A stretch of 64,000 nucleotides of DNA, taken from positions 18,857 to 82,856 of the IMG/VR virus record IMGVR_UViG_3300031227_000028; one strand, written 5' to 3'. The notes under the pieces were generated by a model. It was not told where the DNA came from. It worked only from the letters and a program-made list of their open reading frames with translations, and did not search any database. Shown here piece after piece: positions 1-9,846 of this stretch. The translations under genes were made by a program, and so were the position numbers. Source of the stretch: a virus. The first letter of the stretch is position 1; every line of letters begins with the position of its first letter.

Positions 1-66
1 AATTGATTGTTTATTGTGATATCCACATTCTTTATAAATTTTTAATGTTTTTATTTTTTCATCCAT
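1..66 (-). CDS. 5' part of a hypothetical protein running off the window edge (MDEKIKTLKIYKECGYHNKQSI...)
   Basis: ATG at 66 preceded by GAGATGAAAAAA and the recurrent ACATTTATATATTAG promoter at 118-132 (- strand). Confidence 0.6.
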   Translation of the reverse strand, partial: MDEKIKTLKIYKECGYHNKQSI

Positions 67-117
67 TTTTTTCATCTCTAATCGTTAATCTTTAATTATA
101 ATATAATAATACCATTA

Positions 118-132
118 CTAATATATAAATGT
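118..132 (-). promoter_or_regulatory. Archaeal-type TATA promoter, ACATTTATATATTAG class
   Basis: Same motif at 14277, 16535, 25447, 27471 and 29052 on the + strand. Confidence 0.7.
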
Positions 133-161
133 TATGTTTATTCATTTATATATGAAATACC

Positions 162-256
162 CTGTAGGTGACTAGTGATTTAAGGGTTTATATCAGAATA
201 ATCGGTCTATTACAGTAGGTGACTGTAGGTGACTGGTGATTTAAGGGTTTATTTCA
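162..256. repeat. 34-bp direct repeat (162-195, 223-256; 2 mismatches) with three GTAGGTGACT units
   Basis: CTGTAGGTGACT(A/G)GTGATTTAAGGGTTTAT(A/T)TCA seen twice. Confidence 0.85.
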
Positions 257-966
257 ATAATATCGTCAGAATTAGGTTCAATTTGGTCTGATTCTTCAGA
301 ATCCTGACCAAACATCTTTTTAAGTATAATAGAGGCTGTGTCTTCAGCTATATTAGCATTTAAATTCATATTTACATTAGTATTTCTAGTTTTGGTACCA
401 TGTAACTGCTTATGCACGTCTAATTTAAGCTTCTCAATCTGCATCATATGTTTAGGATTATCGCATAATTTCTCAATTTTTTCTAAGTTTGTATATATTT
501 GACCTGCTCCAAGCTCAGAATCCGTCATAAATTCAACAAATTTATCGATTTTCTTATCAGATACTCCAGAATTTTTCATTCCTAATACCTTTTGGGAGAT
601 TCTTGCTTTTAAAGAGTTCATTGAGCCTGTTCTCTTGCCTATTCTATCAGGTCCTGCCCTCCCTGCCTTCTTTATATAAACTTCAAATGATGCTCTGCTA
701 TTCTGAAACCATTTTGTTAAATCTCTTGGTCCTTGAAAATATCTAACTTCTTCTGTTACTTGATTGACTTCACCTTGAAAATTTTTTCCTTCTTTTTTAT
801 AAACGACTATTTTTTCGCCTAATTCATTATTATAAGAAGAAATATATTCATGTTCCCATTTAAATACATTAGAAGGCGGTGTTATTACTTTAGTTAAATC
901 GACTTTCCCAATATTTTCACATATCTCAGCCTCTTTTAGCTCATCTTTTAAAATTTTCTTATACAT
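241..966 (-). CDS. Hypothetical protein, possibly terminase small subunit
   Basis: 241-aa ORF; helical C-terminal half, NxNxNxN strand and acidic tail as often seen in TerS; same strand as virion genes. Function weakly supported. Confidence 0.35.
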   Translation of the reverse strand: MYKKILKDELKEAEICENIGKVDLTKVITPPSNVFKWEHEYISSYNNELGEKIVVYKKEGKNFQGEVNQVTEEVRYFQGPRDLTKWFQNSRASFEVYIKKAGRAGPDRIGKRTGSMNSLKARISQKVLGMKNSGVSDKKIDKFVEFMTDSELGAGQIYTNLEKIEKLCDNPKHMMQIEKLKLDVHKQLHGTKTRNTNVNMNLNANIAEDTASIILKKMFGQDSEESDQIEPNSDDIIEINP

Positions 967-1060
967 ATTGCTACCAAACTTGCGTTATTTTAATAGATTA
1001 TATCTGTAATACTAGTTAATAATTAAAAAAAAATAATTAAAAATACGTTAGTTATGACGT

Positions 1061-1678
1061 TTATTTAGGCATATTTGACTGTCTTAAAAGTTTCATTTCT
1101 TCATCTCTTTTAATTTCATCAAGTTTTTTTTGATAAATTGGGTTTTCATTTAAATATTTATCAGTTTGTTCTTTATTAACTTTCATATATTTAAGAAATT
1201 TCTCTTCATCTTTATAATCAATTTCCATAGCATTTCCGCAACCTCTTTGTTTACAAGTTAAATTGTAAACCCATCCATATTGAGCTTCTGTGCTAACACC
1301 ATTTACAACTGCTTTTTTAGTTGCTGGCTTTCTTATAATTGCATTATCAAATTTTCCTTGAATTAATTTACCAAAAGCAAATCTTTCACTTTCTGCATAT
1401 TGAGTAAAATCTACGCTAAAAGGGTCAATTTTAATTTTATTTTTTACTTCATTATTTAATGTAAGCATGAACGATTCTGTTTTATCTGATAAATTTTTTT
1501 CAAAATCTATTTTAGCACATCTTGCACAAAATGGTTGTCTTTTTCTATTATATTCTGCTTCGTTATCAGCTTTTATTCTATTAAAAATAACTTTTGGAGA
1601 CTTTTCTTTATCAAATATGTTTTTATAGTCTGCTTTTTCCTCTAAAGTCTGTTCTCTGAAAATCTTACCTTCTACCAT
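1061..1678 (-). CDS. Hypothetical protein with possible Zn site
   Basis: 205 aa; CARC and CKQRGC pairs. Confidence 0.6.
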   Translation of the reverse strand: MVEGKIFREQTLEEKADYKNIFDKEKSPKVIFNRIKADNEAEYNRKRQPFCARCAKIDFEKNLSDKTESFMLTLNNEVKNKIKIDPFSVDFTQYAESERFAFGKLIQGKFDNAIIRKPATKKAVVNGVSTEAQYGWVYNLTCKQRGCGNAMEIDYKDEEKFLKYMKVNKEQTDKYLNENPIYQKKLDEIKRDEEMKLLRQSNMPK

Positions 1679-1679
1679 T

Positions 1680-2006
1680 TTATTCTTTATCCTCTTCGTT
1701 AGCGTCTCTACCGCTATCTAACGCACTATCGTCAATTACTGGTTTTTCTTTTTCTTCAACACCTAATGTTAAATGTTCATTATAAATATCAAATAAATTT
1801 TTATTTTGGTCAACAATTGATTGATATTTTTTCATATTTTGTCGATATTGTTCTATCTTATAATTATAATCAGCTTCATATCCACCACGTAAACCGTTTT
1901 CAATAACTGATGCTTGATAAGCATAATAATCCATTTCTGTTTTACATTTATCTATTGCTTTTTGTGTTCTTCTTTTTTCATCTTCGTTTAATTCTCTTCT
2001 TACCAT
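1680..2006 (-). CDS. Hypothetical coiled-coil protein
   Basis: 108 aa; GGAGG SD upstream. Confidence 0.65.
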   Translation of the reverse strand: MVRRELNEDEKRRTQKAIDKCKTEMDYYAYQASVIENGLRGGYEADYNYKIEQYRQNMKKYQSIVDQNKNLFDIYNEHLTLGVEEKEKPVIDDSALDSGRDANEEDKE

Positions 2007-2140
2007 AATAAACCCTCCAATATAATTTCTATTGCTGTATCTTGATTTAATTTTTCTCCTCTAACAATTCCCATATTGTCAATAAAATTTTTTAAATTTT
2101 CATGAGCAAAATCGCTTACAGTAACATTAAGTTTTTTCAT
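2000..2140 (-). CDS. Small ribbon-helix-helix-like DNA-binding protein (46 aa, not in ORF track)
   Basis: MKKLNVTVSDFAHENLKNFIDNMGIVRGEKLNQDTAIEIILEGLLW; alternating beta-strand then two helices; overlaps next start. Confidence 0.6.
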   Translation of the reverse strand: MKKLNVTVSDFAHENLKNFIDNMGIVRGEKLNQDTAIEIILEGLLW

Positions 2141-2199
2141 AAAATAATAATTATTTTACCTATTTATAATTACTATATTATATAATATTATTTACATTA

Positions 2200-2760
2200 A
2201 AATTTTAATTTTGTATCTACTTTTGAAAATTTTATACTGTTTTAGTACTAATACAATACTAAAATCTTCAAAAGTATATAAAATTTCTAAAAAAACAGCG
2301 TTCTTTTATAAAAGAACACAACATTCTCGAAAAAATCGATATATTCAAACTTTTCAAAAGTATATAATTATATATTAATAATTATAATTATAATTATAAT
2401 TATTGATATTGAAAGATTATTATATATATATATTATATATATTTTATATAATTATATAAAAATATAAAAAATATATAAGTGAGTCTAATTTTCACGGTTT
2501 TGACGGTTCTTTTATAAAAGAATCGACTTTTTTTTCAGTTTGTATATACTTCCACTGATTTTAGTATTAAATTAGTACTAATATATATACTTTTGTATAT
2601 ACTTTTATACCATTTTCTTTTATATAACTTTTGAATCGTAATATTTTAGATACAATAATTATAATTATAATAATAATTATTAAAAACACGGTTTTCCTAT
2701 AATTATAATTATTGTATATACTTTTATTCTCCACTTTTCAAAAGTATATAAAATGATATT
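2200..2760. other. Putative replication origin
   Basis: Non-coding divergent region next to mcm; ~76-bp imperfect inverted repeats (2242-2317, 2506-2581) flank a nearly pure A/T tract; multiple AAAAGTATATA iterons in both orientations. Confidence 0.7.
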
Positions 2761-2773
2761 TTTATATATTATC

Positions 2774-2791
2774 AAGGCATTATACCTTAAT
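2774..2791. promoter_or_regulatory. Dyad operator-like site, copy 1
   Basis: AAGGCATTATACCTTAAT, exact reverse complement of 5428-5445; third copy at 25377. Confidence 0.6.
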
Positions 2792-2885
2792 TAGGTAATA
2801 AATAAATATTATCATATTATTGGGTTTATATTCTCTATCATAATAATATATATAAATAAGTTAATATTTTTAATAATTACACACA

Positions 2886-5432
2886 ATGGGAGATTCAATA
2901 GATTACAAAAAATTAAAACAATGTAGAAAAACTATAATAGAAAAATATGGTAATTCTGTATCTAGTTTAATAACTACAAAACTACTTTTTTCTCTATATA
3001 TTCATAACAAAGCAAATCTTAATGTAAAATTTATTTATGTAAGAAAAACATATTTTAAAAACGCTGATAAAATAATAGAAGAGAAAAAATATGAACGTTT
3101 TTATAAGCAATTTAAATCAAGAGAAAATATGTTTTTAACTGCTGAAAATGAAGATTTTCTTATTTGTAATGAAGAATTATCAGAAATTATTTTAAGTTTT
3201 TTTACAGATATTTATAATGATGAAAAAATTAAATCTAATGATAGACATATAATTGAACAAAATGATGAAGAATCTATAATTGATAATATATATACTCTAT
3301 CTGATTTTAAAAAGAAATTTAATGGCAGGAGCGATGTAATAGAATTAGATTCAGGAATTCTTGAAAGTAATTGTTATGTTCCAAATAAAATATTACATTT
3401 TAATAATATTCATTCTCTTATTAATAATAATGAAGATTTTAAATTTATAATGAATCCGTTGATTTCATTATCAAAATATTTTGATGCTAAAAAGACAGAT
3501 AATATAATAAAATTAGAATTTAATATTATAAGAAAAGTTACAAGTTCAAATTTTTTTGGAGACCATTTAGTATCACAATATTCAATACAATGTCCTAGAT
3601 GCGCTGTTAAATTTAATTTAATGCCATATCAAACGCATAAAAATATTAAACATTTTTGTGGTGGTGCTTATGAACCAGCTAACCAAGCGATTAAGTCTAC
3701 TGCATGTAAAGCTGAAACATTAACTCCATTATTTCTATATGAAATCGAGCTGTTAAATAATGAGAATGATGGTAGCAAAGATAAAGAAGGTAATAAAGTT
3801 TATATTTATTCATTTGAAACAAATTTAAAACCTGGTAGATATGTAGGAGATATTTTTAATACAATAGGAGATTTAGATAAAAATAAGCAAGATATGTATC
3901 TAGTATTTTTATTAGGATATAAACATTATAAACCAAAAGTATCAAATAGCTTAATAAGTAATAATGAATCTATTAATTGGTGTAAAGAAAATAAATTACC
4001 AAATGCTAGATTCCTTGATGCTTTATTTTCAGTAAGAAATTGCTATAAGAATTATACTACTCATTTGATAAGCGATAAAGGGTTTTTATTACAATTATTT
4101 GTTACAATATCAGGATTAGGTAAACTTATTTTTAATTATGATAAATTAGGAATATCAGTAATAGGTAATAAATCATTATCTAAAACATATATAGGTAGTA
4201 TTTTTAGTATGTTATTAGATAGAGATTATCATTTCATTCAAAGTGGAGAAGATGTTTCAGGGCCAGGGTTAAAAGGTGGAATTAACAATAAAAAGTTAAT
4301 AAATGGACAAAATACTAGTATCTTTGAACATGGAATCTTTACAATAAGTGGATTAACTGTATTTGATGAAGGTGAAAACTTTTATAGAGATGATTTACTT
4401 AATAGTACATTAAAAACATTCTTGAATAGAACAATTACAATTTCAAAAATTGGAGGAAGAGAAGGAATAGAACAAAACTATACTCCTTTAATTTTTTGTA
4501 ACTTCTTTAACTTCCAAAAGAATGAATATGTAAAAGAAATAGAAAATAATTATAATAGGTTTTATAATTCAGAAATTCAAAAAGGTACAGTAGAAAAAAC
4601 ACATGGTACAAGAAAAACTGATACATGTCAATATGTAAGACGTCAAAATCTATTTCTTCCTCTTAATTATTATAAATCTAAACTAAATAATAATCCCTTG
4701 TGTAAAGCCATTGCCCTAGTTCGTGAACGATATACTAATTCAGAAATCGATTGGCGAACTGGGGGTTCAATGGCCTCTTCTTACAGATTACTTTTTGATG
4801 TAATTTGCTGGAATACGAAGAAAAAAGTTGATAAAGATAACCAAAGAAAATCTGGTTTTAATAACAGTATTCTGCCGTTAATTAGTCAATTACCTTATGA
4901 ATCGTTCCAGGAAGAGCTTAAATTACACTATAACCCTAGTAAAATAAAGATTGATTTATATGATGAATTATATAATTCTGATGAAGTAAATCATCAATTG
5001 CAAAAGCTTAAAGAAAATATTAGTAAATTCCTTTTAGATGATGGTTTAGAATTACATAAACATTTATCGCATAACTCAGTTGAAATGGATGAGAAATTAA
5101 GTTTCATCCTATATAATGCAATTATAGTAATGCAGTTATGTGAAGATATCAATTCAGTCTCAATAAGTGAGAATATTAAAATGTGGTGTAAATTAATCTT
5201 CCTTAAATGTAAACGTGGAGTAAGTCAGAATGAATACGATTTTAAAACTCATAATTTAAAATACGATGAAGTTGATTATGACTATATTAGCCTGGAAGCT
5301 GACATTGAAGATATTGAGAAAGACGAAGAATCAGTAAGAATTGCTAAGAATATTATAGAATTAGAAGAAAAGAAAGAAATTGATGAAAGAAATGAGCAAG
5401 AAAACAATGAAGTAGAGATTACCCTTGATTAA
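2886..5432 (+). CDS. mcm: MCM-family replicative helicase (divergent)
   Basis: Zn finger CPRC; degenerate Walker A IGNKSLSKT; SGPGLKGG; Walker B LTVFDEG; ITISKIG hairpin; YRLLFD Arg-finger region. Confidence 0.8.
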   Translation: MGDSIDYKKLKQCRKTIIEKYGNSVSSLITTKLLFSLYIHNKANLNVKFIYVRKTYFKNADKIIEEKKYERFYKQFKSRENMFLTAENEDFLICNEELSEIILSFFTDIYNDEKIKSNDRHIIEQNDEESIIDNIYTLSDFKKKFNGRSDVIELDSGILESNCYVPNKILHFNNIHSLINNNEDFKFIMNPLISLSKYFDAKKTDNIIKLEFNIIRKVTSSNFFGDHLVSQYSIQCPRCAVKFNLMPYQTHKNIKHFCGGAYEPANQAIKSTACKAETLTPLFLYEIELLNNENDGSKDKEGNKVYIYSFETNLKPGRYVGDIFNTIGDLDKNKQDMYLVFLLGYKHYKPKVSNSLISNNESINWCKENKLPNARFLDALFSVRNCYKNYTTHLISDKGFLLQLFVTISGLGKLIFNYDKLGISVIGNKSLSKTYIGSIFSMLLDRDYHFIQSGEDVSGPGLKGGINNKKLINGQNTSIFEHGIFTISGLTVFDEGENFYRDDLLNSTLKTFLNRTITISKIGGREGIEQNYTPLIFCNFFNFQKNEYVKEIENNYNRFYNSEIQKGTVEKTHGTRKTDTCQYVRRQNLFLPLNYYKSKLNNNPLCKAIALVRERYTNSEIDWRTGGSMASSYRLLFDVICWNTKKKVDKDNQRKSGFNNSILPLISQLPYESFQEELKLHYNPSKIKIDLYDELYNSDEVNHQLQKLKENISKFLLDDGLELHKHLSHNSVEMDEKLSFILYNAIIVMQLCEDINSVSISENIKMWCKLIFLKCKRGVSQNEYDFKTHNLKYDEVDYDYISLEADIEDIEKDEESVRIAKNIIELEEKKEIDERNEQENNEVEITLD

Positions 5433-5448
5433 GGTATAATGCCTTAAT
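5428..5448. promoter_or_regulatory. Dyad operator-like site, copy 2
   Basis: ATTAAGGTA-TAA-TGCCTTAAT ~65 bp upstream of a TATA box. Confidence 0.6.
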
Positions 5449-5470
5449 TCTCATATTTGCTTTATAAAGG

Positions 5471-5561
5471 TATATACTCTATCACCTAAAGGTATATAAA
5501 GAAAACCAGCGTAATTATAATTATAATTAGTGATTAATAATTAATGATTGGAGATAAAAAA
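5471..5561 (+). promoter_or_regulatory. Repeated promoter/leader cassette: TATA + (ATAATT)n + TGATTGGAGAT SD
   Basis: Homologous cassettes at ~22826, ~25447 and ~31021. Confidence 0.7.
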
Positions 5562-5855
5562 ATGGAATTCGATAAAAACCTAAATTGCACAACAACATTA
5601 AAAGAATGTAACAGAGAAAAATTAGATTCAATTGTGTATGTAAAAGAAAGCATTTCAAAAGTTAAAAGTGATTTAAAACTTAATATTGCAGATTTAAAAG
5701 CTCAAATAGTAGAATTAAATAAAATAGCAGATGAAGATATTATTGATTTAAAAGTAGATATTGAAAAATTAAAAATACCTATGACTGAAGATGAATATAA
5801 CAAAACAATAAAAGAACATATAATAATAATAAAAGAAATGCAGATGAGGTACTAA
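5562..5855 (+). CDS. Hypothetical coiled-coil protein
   Basis: Start moved to the ATG after the TTGGAGAT SD. Confidence 0.65.
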   Translation: MEFDKNLNCTTTLKECNREKLDSIVYVKESISKVKSDLKLNIADLKAQIVELNKIADEDIIDLKVDIEKLKIPMTEDEYNKTIKEHIIIIKEMQMRY

Positions 5856-5857
5856 AA

Positions 5858-6103
5858 ATGTTTATGAAAATATATGGAAATACATATAACAAAGTAAAAC
5901 AGTTAAAACGTGAGATAGAAGTTTTAGAAGGTACTTATAAAGAATATAATGAAGCTTTAAAATCATGTGATATTACTGAAGCTAACTATAAAGGTATTAA
6001 AGCTACTTTCAATAATAGTTTAGAAAATTTTAGAAAACAAATTAATGCAAAGCAAAAAGAAATCAATTATGAATTAAGTAATAGAGTTGTGAATACAAAA
6101 TGA
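5858..6103 (+). CDS. Hypothetical protein
   Basis: Tightly packed ORF. Confidence 0.6.
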   Translation: MFMKIYGNTYNKVKQLKREIEVLEGTYKEYNEALKSCDITEANYKGIKATFNNSLENFRKQINAKQKEINYELSNRVVNTK

Positions 6104-6342
6104 AAAAAGCTGAAAATCATTTAGAAGTTTGTGAATATAACTGTAAATTTAATTTAAATAATGAATGTGTTTATGGTTTAAGAAATTTAGGTTGTTATTT
6201 AGATAAGAAAAAAGAAGAAGATATGAAATTAACAACGTTTTTAGCTTGCGTAGAATTTGGATTTAAAGGACATGAAGCAGGTCATAATTTACAAAAAATT
6301 TTAGAAGATTTTATTGCTATTTATAAAAATCAAGAGGAATAA
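6100..6342 (+). CDS. Hypothetical protein
   Basis: ATGA overlap; Cys-rich N-terminus. Confidence 0.6.
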   Translation: MKKAENHLEVCEYNCKFNLNNECVYGLRNLGCYLDKKKEEDMKLTTFLACVEFGFKGHEAGHNLQKILEDFIAIYKNQEE

Positions 6343-6412
6343 AAATGTGTATGTATATGAATGATAGTTGTTATGATTGTCCAAATAAAGATGAATGTGA
6401 GGAATTTGAAGA

Positions 6413-6613
6413 ATGAAAAGATTTCCAGTATCAATTGAAAATGGTAAAATTATATCAATTGTAGGTAGCATTGATTTAGAAGAACCTTATGCATCAAAAT
6501 TTAAAAACATTGAGCTTAGTCTTGATGTAGAATATCTTAAAATAACAGAAAACGGAGAGGAAAGGAAAAAATTAATTACAGCTAAATTAGTTCCAATAAA
6601 AAAATGGAAATAA
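6413..6613 (+). CDS. Hypothetical protein
   Basis: GAGG SD. Confidence 0.55.
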   Translation: MKRFPVSIENGKIISIVGSIDLEEPYASKFKNIELSLDVEYLKITENGEERKKLITAKLVPIKKWK

Positions 6614-6885
6614 ATCCTCAAAGATTTACATGGGAAACAGCAGGTCTTAGAACTGGTTATCATATTTACGATTTTATAAAAAGAGATGATAATGAAGAAT
6701 TTGTTAGGGTGAATAAAGACAAATATAAATTAATTGGAACTTGTGATGGTGTATTATTATCAGTTAGACCTAGAACTAATGAATTTGCAGCACTGTTTGA
6801 TATTTTAGACGAAGATGAATTAGAAGATAAAGTATGGATTCATTTTCCTAATACATTTAAAAAATTATTCGAGGAAACAAAATGA
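6604..6885 (+). CDS. Hypothetical protein
   Basis: Overlapping ORF in operon. Confidence 0.6.
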   Translation: MEINPQRFTWETAGLRTGYHIYDFIKRDDNEEFVRVNKDKYKLIGTCDGVLLSVRPRTNEFAALFDILDEDELEDKVWIHFPNTFKKLFEETK

Positions 6886-7085
6886 CGAAATATAATTGTG
6901 GTTGTGAAAGTGAAGGAATCATTCTTGTGAGTAAACATGATTTTGAAATATCAAAAATAAAGAAGTGGTCCGATAGTGTAGGAGTTGCAGGAACTAGAGA
7001 ATTATGTCTATATTGTTGGTGTGAAAAACATAATATTAAGTTACATTCTAGTTGTAAAATGTTAAAGGGAAAATGGGTGAAATAA
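6882..7085 (+). CDS. Small Cys-rich hypothetical protein
   Basis: CGC...CLYC; GAGG SD; ATGA overlap. Confidence 0.55.
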   Translation: MTKYNCGCESEGIILVSKHDFEISKIKKWSDSVGVAGTRELCLYCWCEKHNIKLHSSCKMLKGKWVK

Positions 7086-7484
7086 ATGGCAGCAATGGAT
7101 AAAATATATGGAAATAAAAAACAATACAATCAATTAATGAAATTTTATGAAGATAATTTTGATGATTACAAAAGTTTTACAGGATTGGATTATATTAGAA
7201 AATATGATTATACACCTAAAGAACTTAAAACTTATAAGAAAGATGATGAATTACCAATAGTTAATCAAGAAGTTATTGCTGATACTTGGTTGATATTAAG
7301 ATGTAATTTTGATTGGGTAATTGACCAATTAAAAGATATGTATAATTGTGATGATTATTTTAAAATAGATATGATAGAAAATTTAAAAAATAATGTTCAA
7401 AACGATTTTTGTCAATCATTAATAGAACATAAAAAAGCTGAAAGAGAAATGTATAGAATCAATAAATTATGTGAAAAAGAATAA
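7086..7484 (+). CDS. Hypothetical protein
   Basis: GGTGA SD; 132 aa. Confidence 0.65.
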   Translation: MAAMDKIYGNKKQYNQLMKFYEDNFDDYKSFTGLDYIRKYDYTPKELKTYKKDDELPIVNQEVIADTWLILRCNFDWVIDQLKDMYNCDDYFKIDMIENLKNNVQNDFCQSLIEHKKAEREMYRINKLCEKE

Positions 7485-7495
7485 GGAAATAAAGA

Positions 7496-8764
7496 ATGAA
7501 AATAATAGCAACAATAATGGGACAAAATTGCGAAAAAACATTATCATTATGTTTAAAATCAGTTAAAGATTTCGATGGAATAGTTTATTTAGATGGTGGT
7601 AGTACTGATGATAGTAAATTAATAGCATTAGATTATGATTTAACAATAATTAATAATAAATTTGATAAAAGTAATCCAAATATGATAAGTATTCAAAGAA
7701 ATTATTATCTTAATTATCTTAAAAAAACATATAAAGAAGAATTAGAAGACGTTTTTATTTTAGTTCTTGATGCAGATGAATTTGTTTCAGAAGGAGCTTA
7801 TGAAATATTAAAAAATGATATAAAAAAATTAAAAAGCTATACTGAAGATGGTCAAGGTTTAATGTCAAATATCATAAGTCCAAAAATGCGACATCTTATA
7901 TATAATTTATCTTATGAAGATGCAACTAGAGAAACACATTTTGCACCTAATAGATTATTTAACTTAAAATTTGCTGATAAATATCCAAAAGGAGAACATG
8001 GGATTCTTAATAATTCTGGTACTAGTTATAAATATAGTGGAATTACTATATGGCATTTAGGTTATTTAGGAGGACCATGGGGAATTAAAAAAAGATATGA
8101 CCAACAAATACTTAGAAACACTGGTCACGCAAAACAATATTTAAAAGATTGGAATAAAGCTCATTTATTAGGACATTATCCAATTAAAAAAGTTAATGTT
8201 TTAGATTTACCAAAAATATTATTAGAAAATTTTAGTCTTGATAAAGACGAAATATATTTTGAAGGTAGAGGAATTGAAAGCAAACATTTTATTGATGCTA
8301 TAGATTGGAAAGAATTTTTTAAATGTAAAACAGCATATGAAATTGGTTGCGGAAGAGGTCCAAGAGTTTATGCATTAAATAATATTGGTGTTAAAACTTA
8401 TGGTTGTGATATTAATAAATGGGCTTGTGAGCATAAATTTCATGATAATATTGAACAAATGGATATTACTAAAATAAATTCTTGGAAAAATAAATATGAT
8501 TTAATAATTGCATATGATGTATTGGAACATATTGAAGAAAACGATTTATGGAGAGTAATTGATTATATGAAGTTTGGAACAAGAAAATATATTTTAATAT
8601 CTGTACCAGTAATTGGTGACCTAAATTTAGAAGCTGACCCTACTCATAAAATTAAACAAACAAAAGATTGGTGGATTAAAAAGTTTACAGATAGAGGATT
8701 TAAATTAATTGAAACACCACAACATTTTTTATATAGAAATCAATTAATGATATTTGAGGTTTAA
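7496..8764 (+). CDS. GT2 glycosyltransferase fused to class I SAM-dependent methyltransferase
   Basis: DGGSTD and LDADE in N-terminal half; EIGCGRG and DVLEHI in C-terminal half. Confidence 0.85.
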   Translation: MKIIATIMGQNCEKTLSLCLKSVKDFDGIVYLDGGSTDDSKLIALDYDLTIINNKFDKSNPNMISIQRNYYLNYLKKTYKEELEDVFILVLDADEFVSEGAYEILKNDIKKLKSYTEDGQGLMSNIISPKMRHLIYNLSYEDATRETHFAPNRLFNLKFADKYPKGEHGILNNSGTSYKYSGITIWHLGYLGGPWGIKKRYDQQILRNTGHAKQYLKDWNKAHLLGHYPIKKVNVLDLPKILLENFSLDKDEIYFEGRGIESKHFIDAIDWKEFFKCKTAYEIGCGRGPRVYALNNIGVKTYGCDINKWACEHKFHDNIEQMDITKINSWKNKYDLIIAYDVLEHIEENDLWRVIDYMKFGTRKYILISVPVIGDLNLEADPTHKIKQTKDWWIKKFTDRGFKLIETPQHFLYRNQLMIFEV

Positions 8765-8765
8765 A

Positions 8766-9074
8766 ATGAGCGAAGAAAAATATGTATGCGGAAAGCCAAT
8801 GAATGTTTGTAATGCTGATGGCATTAGCTCTGTAATGAATTATAGACTTAGAACAGAAAAACAAGAAAATTATAAAGATATCCTTGGAACTAGTTATTAT
8901 AAAAAGGAAGATGTTAATAATAATTGTATAAGAAACAAAAAATTATTAGAAGCGATACAAAAAATTAGAGATGATATACATAAATCTCATGGAGATAATT
9001 GTTATCGTGAAGATATGAATTATGTTGGTGCTGATGCTTTAGACGCATTAGAAGAAGAATTAGGTTTAAAATGA
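8766..9074 (+). CDS. Hypothetical protein
   Basis: GAGGT SD before ATG at 8766. Confidence 0.6.
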   Translation: MSEEKYVCGKPMNVCNADGISSVMNYRLRTEKQENYKDILGTSYYKKEDVNNNCIRNKKLLEAIQKIRDDIHKSHGDNCYREDMNYVGADALDALEEELGLK

Positions 9075-9382
9075 TTAAAATAAGTTTAGATTTACAAAAA
9101 GATTATGACGAAAAAGGTCAGGTTAAAGGATGGATTGATATGGCATCGATTAATTTTTATGAAAAAGATGATAATCAAGCAAAAAGTATAGATGATGATG
9201 GTAGCGAATTTATTATATTAGATACTCCTTGTCTTTCTTTTGAAAAATTTGATAGAAAAATGTCAGAAATATCAGGAGAACCAGTTAATGAATATTTTTA
9301 TAGTATTAAACTTAATATGATAGATGTACCTATGGTTGAAGAATTTTTTAAAAAATTTGGTGTTGTAATAAATGACGAATGA
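9071..9382 (+). CDS. Hypothetical protein
   Basis: ATGA overlap. Confidence 0.6.
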   Translation: MIKISLDLQKDYDEKGQVKGWIDMASINFYEKDDNQAKSIDDDGSEFIILDTPCLSFEKFDRKMSEISGEPVNEYFYSIKLNMIDVPMVEEFFKKFGVVINDE

Positions 9383-9517
9383 AATTTTAAAAAGATTAAC
9401 ACATATAGTTTTTTTGGCGTGATGGTAAATTAACTTGTGAGCAAGAAGTTGAAAAATTATTACACGAATTAGGCCATATAATAAGTAAAGACAAAAAAGT
9501 TTTAGAGGAAATAGAAA

Positions 9518-9844
9518 ATGATAAAAGAAAAAATAAATAAAACATTAGCACTAATTATTTTTATTAGTTTTATTGCACTTGGATTAGTATCTGGAGCAAT
9601 ATTTTTAATAATAAATGATAATAAACAAAAGGTTTTAAATAACGAAACAAAATTATATAATGTAACTGAAGTTAATAGTTATTTAGATCAAGCATTTGAA
9701 ATAGGTTATAAACAATCTGAATCAAATATACAACAAGTTATAAATAAATCTTTATATGATGGTTATATAGAATTTAATATTAATAATCAAACAATAACAT
9801 ATATTCATCCATTATTATGTGATAGAATAAATATAACAGAATAA
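9518..9844 (+). CDS. Single-pass membrane protein
   Basis: N-terminal hydrophobic helix; several N-x-S/T sequons. Confidence 0.65.
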   Translation: MIKEKINKTLALIIFISFIALGLVSGAIFLIINDNKQKVLNNETKLYNVTEVNSYLDQAFEIGYKQSESNIQQVINKSLYDGYIEFNINNQTITYIHPLLCDRINITE

Positions 9845-9846
9845 AA

